Source: Candidatus Magasanikbacteria bacterium CG11_big_fil_rev_8_21_14_0_20_39_34
GTDB lineage: Bacteria; Patescibacteriota; Patescibacteriia; Magasanikbacterales; UBA922
Direction: 5' to 3'
DNA length: 64,000 bases
NCBI GenBank assembly: GCA_002787355.1
Contig: PCWN01000008.1
Coordinates: 69,873-133,872 of the forward strand
Below, piece after piece: positions 27,039 to 37,335 of this stretch. Both the position numbers and the translations under genes were made by a program. Each line of letters begins with the position of its first letter. The stretch's first letter is position 1. The notes under the pieces are model-generated. The model had not been told where the DNA came from. It was given only the letters and a program-made list of their open reading frames with translations, and did not search any database.

Positions 27039-27679
27039 TAAAACCAAGACACCTTGTTGTAATATTTATACCAGCCATTATTCTCATTATTTGGATACTG
27101 TATGGTTTTCTTTCTAAAAATTACCAAGACGCAGTTAAATTAAAAGAAATTTATGATCGGGATAATAGCCTTGATCTCATCCCTATTCTTCCCGGTGATC
27201 CACTCATTGGAAACCCAAGAGCGGCCACCAATATCATTGTATTTGAAGATTTTGGCTGTGATGGTTGTGCAGCTCAAACGGCACTTCTGGACCAGCTTTT
27301 GGAAAAGTACCCCGATAAATTTAATATTATTTGGAAAGGACTTCCAGTAACACATTTTCCCGATTCATCAGAAGAAGTTCACTCTTACGCGTATTGTGCC
27401 AATAAACAAGGAAGATTCTCAGCATTCAAAGATATAGCATTTGCAAATAATAAAAATTTATCAACTGAGAATCTAAAAATAATTAGTGATACTATTCATC
27501 TTGATCCAAAAGAACTTGATGATTGTCTTCATTCTGAATTTCCAAAAGAAAAAATTAAACAAGTACAAGACTTAGCCTACACACTCAATATTGCATCCGT
27601 TCCAACAATTTTTATAGACAATAAAGAGGTCCTTCCTCAAGATTCTCTTGAAGGTTGGGAAGCCTATTTTGAATTGTAA
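27035..27679 (+). CDS. DsbA-like thioredoxin-fold thiol:disulfide oxidoreductase, membrane-anchored
   Basis: N-terminal TM. The CxxC motif FGCDGCAAQ is in a thioredoxin-like context and the gene is DsbA-sized. It overlaps both neighbours by a few nt. Confidence 0.7.
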   Translation: MIKPRHLVVIFIPAIILIIWILYGFLSKNYQDAVKLKEIYDRDNSLDLIPILPGDPLIGNPRAATNIIVFEDFGCDGCAAQTALLDQLLEKYPDKFNIIWKGLPVTHFPDSSEEVHSYAYCANKQGRFSAFKDIAFANNKNLSTENLKIISDTIHLDPKELDDCLHSEFPKEKIKQVQDLAYTLNIASVPTIFIDNKEVLPQDSLEGWEAYFEL

Positions 27680-27681
27680 TT

Positions 27682-29571
27682 ATGACAAAAAAATTATTTT
27701 TTTTCTTATCCATCCTTGGTATTACCATAATGCCAAGTTTTGTATTTGCACAAGATTCCATACAAAAAATTATTGATGCGGCACAAGATACTACAAGCGA
27801 TCTTACCAATCAGTATGGGGAGAGTGTCCACCAAGAAACCATAGATGTTATACGGACACCCCAACTTCGCATCACTATACCTGGATTAAATTTTGCCAAT
27901 GTTGACGATATCAACAAACTGGTCAAAAGCCAAAACGGCGAAGCCGGAGAAAAATATATTGTCATCCCCTTTCTCGGTGATTACATGGTAGTGATGTACC
28001 GCTATGCAATCATAGCCATTGGGATCCTTGCCGTGGTATCTATTATTTATTCTGGAGTTCAATGGATGATTCCTGGAAATATTATTACCAAAGATGACTC
28101 TTCAGTAAATCAGGCAAAAGAACGAATTGCACGAACGCTCATTGGTCTGGGGCTTGCTGTGGGATCCTATACCATTCTCTATGCTATAAATCCAGCACTA
28201 ACTCAATTCAAAAATTTAAAACTTCTCTACGTTCCAGCACAAGATGTGAACCTCATTGTTATGGACAAAGGAACTCCAGGTGATTTTTCATCGGTGTCCT
28301 ATGCTTCTGGAGTTGGAAAAAATAGAAAAATAGACAATACAGAGTTTGATGACATGTTCAAAGCTTTTGCAAACTGTTTTAATCTTGACTGGAGAGTACT
28401 CAAGGGTATTGCATATCAAGAATCACGCTTGAATGAAGGAAGCACCAACAAATATGGTTTTAAAGGGCTTTTTCAGACCCGTGAAGACTTTTGTCCAAGC
28501 TATCTCTCTGGCTACCCTGCTTGGTCTGCCTATTGTAAAACAGGACTTCATAATGCATGGATTAATACAGCAGCGGGGGTAAACTCTATTTATCAAGCAC
28601 TGGAAAAAGTTCGCGCTGAATGCTCAGATAAATTAAATACATTTGATACATTTACCGCAGTATACATTGCACATAACTCCGGAAATTTTGGGCTTGCAAA
28701 AACATTGGAAAATAGTAATTGCCAAGGATGGCCCGCTATGCGTGATGGTCTAGAAAAATTTTGGAAGGAATATAAAAAGCGACCAAAAAATTGGAGTCCC
28801 GGTTTTGGTACAAGACGTGCTGATTATGCGCGTAAAACCGCACAGGTATTTATTGACATTGGAGTTGTAGATCCAAAAAATACAAGCCAAAATGGAAATG
28901 CCCAGTGTCCCCTCAACTTTTCTCCGGAACAAGTAGTGCCAGAACTTTCTGGAAAAGTACCTGAAAATATAAATGCAAGTTTTACCTGTTCACCTACCTT
29001 TGACGGAAAATCCATTATTGCCATTGGAGACTCTATTACCTACAATGCAGAATCGTTTGCCAAGCAAATACGATCGAACTGTCCTAAAATTAATGTCACT
29101 ATTAATGCACGTCCAGGACGACCAACTTCAGAAATGCTCCAAGAAGCAAATAAAATTGATTTTTCCACCTATGATTATTTGATCATTCTGGGTGGTGTAA
29201 ATGACATTGGAAATGCAACAGGCGTACGAAATAACCTTACTGCCATTTACCAAAAAGCAAAAGAAGGCAATACAAAAGTCATAGCACTTACCATTACCCC
29301 TTGGAAGGGATACAGTACCTATAGTGATAAAAATGGAACCAACACAAATGATATCAATAGATGGATACGTCAAAAGGCCCCTACTTCGGATGGAAACCTT
29401 ATTGACTATGCCATCGATTCATATGCACTCTTGGAAGATCCAAGTAACCCTGGCGCTATGCGTACCCTCTTTTGGAGCCATGGAGATCCACTTCACCCCA
29501 ACGCCACAGCACACAAACTCATAGCACAAACTATTGCACAACAAGTATTTGGTGGTAAGTTAATTAAGTAA
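27682..29571 (+). CDS. secreted, Cys-rich lytic-transglycosylase-like + SGNH/GDSL hydrolase fusion with internal two-helix membrane module
   Basis: Signal peptide. Residues about 100-180 form a hydrophobic hairpin (IIAIGILAVVSIIYSGVQWM…LIGLGLAVGSYTILYAINP). The SLT-like motif is …IAYQESRLNEG…GLFQ. The C-terminal SGNH blocks are IAIGDSITYN, ILGGVNDIGN and GDPLHPN (DxxH). Confidence 0.7.
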   Translation: MTKKLFFFLSILGITIMPSFVFAQDSIQKIIDAAQDTTSDLTNQYGESVHQETIDVIRTPQLRITIPGLNFANVDDINKLVKSQNGEAGEKYIVIPFLGDYMVVMYRYAIIAIGILAVVSIIYSGVQWMIPGNIITKDDSSVNQAKERIARTLIGLGLAVGSYTILYAINPALTQFKNLKLLYVPAQDVNLIVMDKGTPGDFSSVSYASGVGKNRKIDNTEFDDMFKAFANCFNLDWRVLKGIAYQESRLNEGSTNKYGFKGLFQTREDFCPSYLSGYPAWSAYCKTGLHNAWINTAAGVNSIYQALEKVRAECSDKLNTFDTFTAVYIAHNSGNFGLAKTLENSNCQGWPAMRDGLEKFWKEYKKRPKNWSPGFGTRRADYARKTAQVFIDIGVVDPKNTSQNGNAQCPLNFSPEQVVPELSGKVPENINASFTCSPTFDGKSIIAIGDSITYNAESFAKQIRSNCPKINVTINARPGRPTSEMLQEANKIDFSTYDYLIILGGVNDIGNATGVRNNLTAIYQKAKEGNTKVIALTITPWKGYSTYSDKNGTNTNDINRWIRQKAPTSDGNLIDYAIDSYALLEDPSNPGAMRTLFWSHGDPLHPNATAHKLIAQTIAQQVFGGKLIK

Positions 29572-29572
29572 A

Positions 29573-32290
29573 ATGTTTTTTCTTCAAAAAAAATATACCT
29601 GGAAATTTGCAATTGGATTCCTCATGGTTTTTTCCTTTACTTTTTTTTATCCCCCACATCCAGTTTTTGCTCTGGTTAAAGAGAGCAGCCCCATTGCAGG
29701 AGTAGATCTCTATTCGTTTAAATCTGATTATGGCTGCAGCAGTAAAAATCCAAAAGAACAATCAGAACACTTCATCATTGTTCCCTCCGGAAGTAGCAAA
29801 ATCAATAGAACCTATATTTATTTTCATGGTTTATCCAACCCTCCCGAACATACCACAAAAGAGTTAATGTGCCATGGGTATCTTAACCTCTGTGATTCTG
29901 CTGCACAATTGCAAACACTTGGCCTCAATGTTGCCATTATTGGCGCACGACTCAATAAGGCCGGATCAACACGTGAATTTAGAGATTTTAATACTGCGGA
30001 ACTCAATTGTTTCCTCAATAAGGCATCTCAGGAACTCACATCCTTGGGAAGAGGTTATGGGTCAGACTTAATTCTTGTAGGTCATAGCGCTGGTGGACGC
30101 TCGATAAAAGAAGCTCTCAACAGTGACATACATTTCAATGGCTTGACCCCAAGCATGTGTATTTTCCTTGATCCCTGTTATGGTGACTGGTGTGATGTTG
30201 CCGTCAAATCAAATAAATGTGGTAGCTATGTTTTTTATGGTGCAGGTGGTCCGGGTGAGACCATAGATGCTACCAATAAAGCAATCAAACTGGCTGCAAA
30301 CCCGCAATCCATTCGCCTGGTGCAGATGCCCAATGGTTTCCACTCAAAAATACCAAGACTTTGTTTTACTGAACACGTGGATGAAAAAGCATGCCAAGGA
30401 AATGGAACTGTCATTCAAGAAGGAATCCTCAGTTCCGTTATACCTATCGTAGCTGGCGATTCAGATAAAATCATTCCTCAGGCTACCAGTGATAGCTATG
30501 AAAAACTCGTTGAAAATATTCTTTCGAAAACCAAACTAGAAACGGAAACACCAGGCTATAACCCAAATGTAAATATAGAAGATAAAGTTACCGTAAATCA
30601 AACGAATGGAAAACTTTACTTAAATATAAATACACTTTCAGAATATATTGGATGGCTCTATCAATATAGTCTTATTGCAATAACTATAATTGCTGTAGTT
30701 ATTGTCATCTATTCTGGAGTCCAGTGGATGGTTTCTGGTGGAAATAGTGCCACTATTAGTGAAGCCAAAAAAAGAATCGGTCAAACATTTGTAGCCTTGC
30801 TCTTGGCACTTGGATCCTATACCATTCTCTATGCAATTAATCCAAAAACAACAAAATTTGGTCAGCTTAATATTCTCGTTTTTCAGGCAGAAAATACTCC
30901 AATGGAAAATGAATCATTAAATGCAGACGCCTATAATTCCGTTAACTTTAACGCAAACGATCTCCTTGGGAATATCAAAAAACCAAACTGGGATGCTAAA
31001 ACCTTTGATTGTTCAAAGAAAGATTCTTACTCTCCTGCAGGTGTTCTCCCCAGCAATCAAACAATTACTTATACCTGTGATGGAATGGAAGGAAATGTTA
31101 CCAGCATTCCACAAATGAAAGTTCCACTTTGTAGAGCAGCAGAAATTGCAAAGAAAAATGGATATACCCTTCAGGTAAGAAGTTCCTATCGACCATTTGA
31201 AATACAGGTAAAATTATGGTGTGAAGACACACGACCTCCTGAGATACGAAGAAAGTTTATCGCAACACCTGGATTTTCCAATCATGGTCATGGTGTGGCA
31301 ATAGATGTTTTCCTCTATAAAAATGGAAAACAACTCACTCTTTATGGAAGTTCAGGACAATGTAAGACAAGTCCCCGTTTTGTAAAAGAAATTGCAGATA
31401 TATTTTACCTTGCAGACCCAAACTTTGTTCGACTGGAAACGGAAATTTGGCACTTTGAATATGGGACCATGGGTACCTCTGCAAGAAATCGCTATGATAC
31501 CCTTCCACAGACCTGTACGGGAAAGCCTTCTGGAGTAAGTAATGTTAAAGCAGAAGGAGGAACTTCCCCCATCTCCAATGTTGGTGCAGCCAGTAATGCA
31601 AATATTATTGCTCCAGCCCAAAGTGGACAAAGCCCGGCAGCACAATCAAACCAATGTACATTTACCGAAAAACGTTGGAATACCAATACTCGCACAACCG
31701 CACTTTTCAGAAAAGAGACCAATGCCCCATATAATACCATTATCAGCCAGGATAAAAGCTACGTCAGCAAATCTGACCCAAGATGTAGTGTCTGTGAACA
31801 AGATCAGGTTTTGTTTGATCCAAGCAGCGTTGGAATCCGCGGCGTATCAAGCGTTCGTGTCTGTTGGGCATATGTTGATCAAATCAAACAAATGTTGAAA
31901 ACAATAGTACAAAATAACCAACTGGAGATAACCAGTCTCGTAGGATACCGACCAAACCGGACGGTTGGAGCAGTCAATGCAGATGGATTTCGAACCGGCG
32001 CTGGCGGACACTTTTATGGTATGGCCATAGACATCAATGCAGAGTATAATGGCCTCTACAGTGGATGTTCTGGTTTTGATCCAATAGCTCATCCTCTTGG
32101 ACCTATAACGTGTTCAGGACCTTCAAATGGGGGTCCCTGGAATCCTCCAGCAAATCCAAATAAAACTATTTACTACAATAGCCCCGTGTACCGCCTATTC
32201 ACCTCCAATGGATGGAAGTGGGGTGCAACTAATATTTCCGGAAGGACACGAGACTTTATGCACTTCTCCATTCATGATGACAGTCAGTAA
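29573..32290 (+). CDS. secreted, Cys-rich alpha/beta-hydrolase + two M15 (VanY/LAS-type) peptidase domains with the same internal two-helix membrane module
   Basis: Signal peptide. GxSxG esterase motif LILVGHSAGG. Residues about 355-435 are paralogous to the hairpin of the upstream gene (LIAITIIAVVIVIYSGVQWM…LLLALGSYTILYAINP), with near-identical nucleotides around 30706-30740 and 30810-30848. Two M15 motifs are present: SSYRPFEIQVKLW…GFSNHGHGVAIDV and VGYRPNRT…GGHFYGMAIDIN. Confidence 0.7.
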   Translation: MFFLQKKYTWKFAIGFLMVFSFTFFYPPHPVFALVKESSPIAGVDLYSFKSDYGCSSKNPKEQSEHFIIVPSGSSKINRTYIYFHGLSNPPEHTTKELMCHGYLNLCDSAAQLQTLGLNVAIIGARLNKAGSTREFRDFNTAELNCFLNKASQELTSLGRGYGSDLILVGHSAGGRSIKEALNSDIHFNGLTPSMCIFLDPCYGDWCDVAVKSNKCGSYVFYGAGGPGETIDATNKAIKLAANPQSIRLVQMPNGFHSKIPRLCFTEHVDEKACQGNGTVIQEGILSSVIPIVAGDSDKIIPQATSDSYEKLVENILSKTKLETETPGYNPNVNIEDKVTVNQTNGKLYLNINTLSEYIGWLYQYSLIAITIIAVVIVIYSGVQWMVSGGNSATISEAKKRIGQTFVALLLALGSYTILYAINPKTTKFGQLNILVFQAENTPMENESLNADAYNSVNFNANDLLGNIKKPNWDAKTFDCSKKDSYSPAGVLPSNQTITYTCDGMEGNVTSIPQMKVPLCRAAEIAKKNGYTLQVRSSYRPFEIQVKLWCEDTRPPEIRRKFIATPGFSNHGHGVAIDVFLYKNGKQLTLYGSSGQCKTSPRFVKEIADIFYLADPNFVRLETEIWHFEYGTMGTSARNRYDTLPQTCTGKPSGVSNVKAEGGTSPISNVGAASNANIIAPAQSGQSPAAQSNQCTFTEKRWNTNTRTTALFRKETNAPYNTIISQDKSYVSKSDPRCSVCEQDQVLFDPSSVGIRGVSSVRVCWAYVDQIKQMLKTIVQNNQLEITSLVGYRPNRTVGAVNADGFRTGAGGHFYGMAIDINAEYNGLYSGCSGFDPIAHPLGPITCSGPSNGGPWNPPANPNKTIYYNSPVYRLFTSNGWKWGATNISGRTRDFMHFSIHDDSQ

Positions 32291-32299
32291 CATTATTTT

Positions 32300-33640
32300 A
32301 TGAGTAAAATGGAAACTATTTTTTCTTGTACACACTGTGATGCACAATACAAAAAATGGGTTGGACGATGCCTTGAATGCGGTAAATGGGGAACCGTAGA
32401 AGAAAAACATCTTTCCAAAAAAGAAGAAGAAAAAAGTAAAACACCACGAGCCTCGGCAACTATGGAAGTTGCCTCTTCTGTCAAAATGAAAAATTTTGAG
32501 AGAATCCAAACCAATATCTCAGAGTTTGATAGAACGGTTGGATTTGGTATTGTTCCTGGAAGTTTTATTTTGTTGGGTGGTGAACCTGGAATAGGAAAAT
32601 CAACTCTTTGCGCACAAATAGCAAGTTCTGTACCAAACTCACTGTACTTCTCGGCAGAAGAGTCTATCCAGCAAGTGGGTATGCGCATACAACGCCTTAA
32701 CCTCAATGGAGATACATCCAAATTATCAAATGAAACCTGTGTAGAAATCATTGCAAGTACGATCCTCAATGAAAAACCTTCACTTGCCATTATTGACTCA
32801 ATACAAACAATTTATTCTGAGGAAGTTTCCGGTGAACCGGGATCTATTTCTCAAGTGCGTGCTTCTACGGTAAAACTTCTTGAAGTATGCAAGTCCTCGG
32901 GAACAAGTGTTATTATCATAGGACATGTTACCAAAGATGGTGCCGTTGCCGGTCCACGTACACTTGAACATCTTGTTGATACTGTTTTGTACCTTGAGGG
33001 TGACCGATACCACCAGATGAGAATACTTCGTACCGTCAAAAATCGTTTCGGCTCCACTGATGAAATTGGAATCTTTGAAATGGAAGAAAATGGATTACAA
33101 GGAGTGCAAAACCCATCACAAAATCTTCTTTTGGAACGAACCATGAATCTTTCAGGATCAGTTATTACCTGTCTTCTTGAAGGAACAAGGCCTCTTCTAG
33201 TAGAAGTGCAAGCACTTGTAAATAAAACAGCTTTTGGGTATCCATTACGGAAATCAAGTGGTTTTGATATAAATCGTCTCCATGTGCTTCTTGCTGTACT
33301 GCAAAAAAGAACCAACCTCCCGTTTGGTGGCTATGATGTTCATGTAAATATTGTTGGAGGAATCAAGGCAAATGAACCTGCCGTAGATCTTGCCGTTTGT
33401 CTTGCGCTTGCCAGTTCATTTAAAGATAAAGCTCTTGGTAACGATCTTGTTGTCTTTGGAGAAGTTGGTCTTGGCGGTGAAGTACGCAGTACCTCACATA
33501 TTCAAAAACGTCTAAAAGAGTGTGAACACCTCGGGATGAAGCGAATCATCACTCATCTTCCAGCAAAATTAAAAATAAAAGATACCGGTGTAAATATAAC
33601 CAATGTAGAAAATATTAATGAACTTATAAAACTTACATAG
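32300..33640 (+). CDS. radA: DNA repair protein RadA (Sms)
   Basis: N-terminal C4 zinc finger (CTHCDAQYKKWVGRCLECGKWG). RecA-like ATPase with GGEPGIGKSTL and KNRFG. Lon-like C-terminal domain. Confidence 0.9.
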   Translation: MSKMETIFSCTHCDAQYKKWVGRCLECGKWGTVEEKHLSKKEEEKSKTPRASATMEVASSVKMKNFERIQTNISEFDRTVGFGIVPGSFILLGGEPGIGKSTLCAQIASSVPNSLYFSAEESIQQVGMRIQRLNLNGDTSKLSNETCVEIIASTILNEKPSLAIIDSIQTIYSEEVSGEPGSISQVRASTVKLLEVCKSSGTSVIIIGHVTKDGAVAGPRTLEHLVDTVLYLEGDRYHQMRILRTVKNRFGSTDEIGIFEMEENGLQGVQNPSQNLLLERTMNLSGSVITCLLEGTRPLLVEVQALVNKTAFGYPLRKSSGFDINRLHVLLAVLQKRTNLPFGGYDVHVNIVGGIKANEPAVDLAVCLALASSFKDKALGNDLVVFGEVGLGGEVRSTSHIQKRLKECEHLGMKRIITHLPAKLKIKDTGVNITNVENINELIKLT

Positions 33641-33645
33641 TTAAT

Positions 33646-35076
33646 TTATTCAGAAAGCTTTTCTCCTCTACTTCCACTTTCGATATATCCACTCTGTGTC
33701 ATTTGAACAAATTCAGCATTTTCGTGCATCTCGTCCATATTTTTTGCCCCACAGTAACTCATAGCACTCTGCAAACCTTTTGCGAGAGACTTTACAATAT
33801 CTTCTACAGAGCCGGAGTAATCCACCAATGTAGAAACACCTTCTACAAAGACATCGAGGCGCTCTTTAAGATGCCTTCCACGTTTTAACTCCTGACGACT
33901 ATGATTACTTTCATAGGAAGCACTTCCATAGTATTTTTTGTATCGTTTTCCATTTTTTAAAATAATCATTCCGGGGGATTCATCACAACCCACAAAAAGT
34001 CTTCCGGAATATATACTTGAAGCTCCGGCGGCAATTGCCTTGGCAATATCTCCTGGAAACTTCATTCCCCCATCGGCAATAACTGGTACACCGTAATCTT
34101 TAGCTACACTTGCTACATTCATTATGGCTGTTAACTGAGGCACTCCAGCCCCCGAGATAATACGAGTGGTACACACCGGTGAGGGTCCAATTCCAACCTT
34201 CAGTCCATCTGCTCCTGCCTCGATAAGATCATGTGCGGCTGCTTTTGTGGCAATATTCCCCACCATAAGGTCAATAGATGGAAAAAAAGATTTTAGTTCT
34301 CTTACTCTTTGAATAACAAAATCGGAATGCGCATGTGCAACATCAAGCACTAATGTATCACACCCAACTCGAATAAGTGCTTCTGCACGTTCATGCGTAT
34401 CTTTTACCCCAAGTGCTGCCCCAACGAGTAATCTTCCTTTCTTATCTCTACTTGCTCTTGGCCAGTATTCAAGTTTTTGGATATCCTGTGTTGTCACCAA
34501 CCCACGAACAATTCCATCTTCTAAAAGTGGAAGTTTTTCAATTCTGTGTTTGTGGAGTATCCCCTTTGCCGTGTCCAAACTAATACCATATTCAGCAGTT
34601 ACTAAACGTTCTCTTGGAGTCATGACCTCTACAATGCTTTTTTTATAGTCCTTTTCAAACAAATAATCCCGAGAAGTAAATATACCCTCCAGATGATCCC
34701 CCGACATTACCAATAAACTTGTAACCCCCTCCTTTTGCATGATATCAATAGCTTGTCCTATAGAAATATTGCTGCTTACCGAAACGGGTTCCTCGATTAC
34801 GTAACTCGTACTCTTCTTCACTGACTTAAGTTCCTGAACTTGTTCTTCAATAGTTCCAAACTGATGAATGACGCCTATACCCCCCTCTCGTGCCATAGCA
34901 ATGGCCATTTTGTGTTCCGTCACAGATGCCATGTTTGCAGACACAAACGGTGTGTGCAACATTATGTTTTTCGTCCACATTCCGGATATATCAGCTTCAC
35001 TGCGTGACTGAAGTGGCGTTCTTTTAGGAACTAAAAGTACATCAGAAAAGGTGAGTGCCAAAGGGATATCTTGCAT
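33646..35076 (-). CDS. guaB: inosine-5'-monophosphate dehydrogenase
   Basis: TIM-barrel motifs (GVIHQ, catalytic-loop [28 protein letters not shown]). An inserted CBS pair is present. Confidence 0.9.
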   Translation of the reverse strand: MQDIPLALTFSDVLLVPKRTPLQSRSEADISGMWTKNIMLHTPFVSANMASVTEHKMAIAMAREGGIGVIHQFGTIEEQVQELKSVKKSTSYVIEEPVSVSSNISIGQAIDIMQKEGVTSLLVMSGDHLEGIFTSRDYLFEKDYKKSIVEVMTPRERLVTAEYGISLDTAKGILHKHRIEKLPLLEDGIVRGLVTTQDIQKLEYWPRASRDKKGRLLVGAALGVKDTHERAEALIRVGCDTLVLDVAHAHSDFVIQRVRELKSFFPSIDLMVGNIATKAAAHDLIEAGADGLKVGIGPSPVCTTRIISGAGVPQLTAIMNVASVAKDYGVPVIADGGMKFPGDIAKAIAAGASSIYSGRLFVGCDESPGMIILKNGKRYKKYYGSASYESNHSRQELKRGRHLKERLDVFVEGVSTLVDYSGSVEDIVKSLAKGLQSAMSYCGAKNMDEMHENAEFVQMTQSGYIESGSRGEKLSE

Positions 35077-35140
35077 AGGCTCTATTTAATGATGAATTCC
35101 GGGTAGAATTATAGCACCTCCTTTCAAATTCGCAAATGTG

Positions 35141-37231
35141 TTACTCAAGATGAACTTTTTTCTCCCAAATATGAATTTTTTCACGTAATTGAGGGTACTT
35201 TTGAAAATCTATATTTTTTGCAATTTCTCTTGCTAATTTTATGATCTCAACATCTCTCATAGTTGCTATTTTAAACTGCATCATTCCACTTTGTTGTTTT
35301 CCATACACTTCACCAGGGCCTCTTAACTGCAAATCATATTCGGCAAGTGCAAATCCATCAGAAGTTCTTTCAAAAAATTGTAATCTTTCATTTACATTTT
35401 CACTTTCAACTGTACTCAAGACAAAACAATATGACTGATGATCAGATCGGCCTACACGACCTCTAAATTGATGAAGCTGTGCCAATCCAAACCTCTCAGC
35501 ACCTTCTATCATCATTACACTTGCGTTTTTTATATCAACTCCAACCTCCACTACAGAGGTAGAGACCAAAATATCTGTTTTTCCGTCTGTAAAATCCTTC
35601 ATAGTCCTATCCTTTTCCTCTCCCTTGAGTTTTCCATGAAGATACCCAATGCGTAAATGAGGAAAAATGTGCTTAGAAAGTTTTTCATATTCCTCCAAAA
35701 CCGTTTTTTTCTCATCTTGAAGTGAAGAAGATTCTATATTTTGATCACCAATTTGTGGACAAATAACAAAAACTTGGCGACCGCGTTTCACTTCTTCATT
35801 AATAAAATCATATGCTTTTTGTCTATGGTGTGGTGCTACAAATCGTGTTTTTATAGGTTTTCTCCCAGAAGGTTTTGTCTTTATGAGTGATAAATCAAGA
35901 TCTCCATACAAGGTAAGTGCAAATGAACGAGGAATGGGCGTAGCGGTCATAGATAAAAAATGTGGCGTTGTCTTTTGATGAACCGCCTTGTCTTTTAACA
36001 TTTTTCTTTGCTCCACACCAAACCTATGCTGTTCATCTACAATAACCAATCCAAGATTATGAAAATTTACTGAGTCAGAAAGAATTGCATGGGTACCCAC
36101 AATAATGTCGAGTGAGCCGTCTTGAATCATTTTTAATATCTCACGCTTCTGTTTTGTCTTAGAATTTTTTTCTCCCTCCAATTTTTCAGTATTTACTTCT
36201 GTTCTGGTAAGGATACCTACCTTTATTTCTTTGGGGAAAAGACTCCGTAATGATGCATAGTGCTGTTTTGCGAGTATCTCTGTAGGAGCCATGATAAGTG
36301 CCTGAAGTCGTGATACCGCAGTATTATACATAACCAAGGCTGCCACAACTGTCTTCCCAGAACCAACATCCCCTTCTATGAGACGATTCATAGGAGTTTC
36401 TTTTTCCAGATCCTGAAGGATCTCCCAAGAGGCTATCTTTTGATCCTTTGTCAGTTCAAAAGGAAGTTTTTTTACAAATTGTTGTACTTCTTTTTCATGA
36501 AAAGGAATTTGTGGTGCAGTTAAGGTATGCAGTGATTGCCTCAAAAGTTCAGCACGAAGTTGTAATATGAAAAGTTCATCAAACTTAAGCCTTCTTTGTG
36601 CATGTTCTATTTCATCAAATGAATTGGGAAAATGAATAAGCGTAAGTGCTTCAGAAAGTGTCATGATATCTGCACGATCACGAATATCCTCCGGTATCCA
36701 CTCCTCCACTTTTTTTGCAAGACCAATGATTTGCGATAAAAGATGCCGTAATTGTTTTTGCGTAATTCCGGATGTGAGTGGATAGACAGGCAAAATTCTT
36801 CCTGCCTGAATTAATTCATCCTTTTCTTTTACTTTCTCATATACAGGAGAAACCAATTGTAACCCAAACATATCTTCCTTTATTTTTCCAGAAAATTTTA
36901 CTTTATCCCCCACCTTTAAATTTTTTGTTATGAAGGCCTGACCAAACCAAACAATACGCACTTGCCCCGTAAAATCAGAAACAATAGCCTCTGTGATTAT
37001 CTTTCGTTTTCGAGATGTTCGCTTATTATGTATAAGCTCAATGATAGCTTCTATAGTAATTTCCTGACCGGCTTGTAAACCTGAAATACTCGATACCTGA
37101 CTAAAATCTTCATATCGAAATGGAAAATGGAATAAAAGATCTGAAACCGTTTGGATACCTAAAATAGACAACCGTCCTTCCAGTGTCTTTCCAACCCCTT
37201 TGAGTGCTCCAATGGATGTATGTAGTAGCAT
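35141..37231 (-). CDS. recG: ATP-dependent DNA helicase RecG
   Basis: Wedge/OB N-terminal domain. Helicase motifs DVGSGKTVVA, DEQHRFG, TATPIPR and the QxxGRVGR C-terminal motif. Confidence 0.9.
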   Translation of the reverse strand: MLLHTSIGALKGVGKTLEGRLSILGIQTVSDLLFHFPFRYEDFSQVSSISGLQAGQEITIEAIIELIHNKRTSRKRKIITEAIVSDFTGQVRIVWFGQAFITKNLKVGDKVKFSGKIKEDMFGLQLVSPVYEKVKEKDELIQAGRILPVYPLTSGITQKQLRHLLSQIIGLAKKVEEWIPEDIRDRADIMTLSEALTLIHFPNSFDEIEHAQRRLKFDELFILQLRAELLRQSLHTLTAPQIPFHEKEVQQFVKKLPFELTKDQKIASWEILQDLEKETPMNRLIEGDVGSGKTVVAALVMYNTAVSRLQALIMAPTEILAKQHYASLRSLFPKEIKVGILTRTEVNTEKLEGEKNSKTKQKREILKMIQDGSLDIIVGTHAILSDSVNFHNLGLVIVDEQHRFGVEQRKMLKDKAVHQKTTPHFLSMTATPIPRSFALTLYGDLDLSLIKTKPSGRKPIKTRFVAPHHRQKAYDFINEEVKRGRQVFVICPQIGDQNIESSSLQDEKKTVLEEYEKLSKHIFPHLRIGYLHGKLKGEEKDRTMKDFTDGKTDILVSTSVVEVGVDIKNASVMMIEGAERFGLAQLHQFRGRVGRSDHQSYCFVLSTVESENVNERLQFFERTSDGFALAEYDLQLRGPGEVYGKQQSGMMQFKIATMRDVEIIKLAREIAKNIDFQKYPQLREKIHIWEKKVHLE

Positions 37232-37335
37232 AAAATAGTCTTATCCTCTCTAATATAACGTTTTCCGAACTTTGAGTAAAGCCCTTTTCTGCTTTTATTT
37301 TCAACAAAAAAACAGCCTTTCGGCTGCTAAAAATA

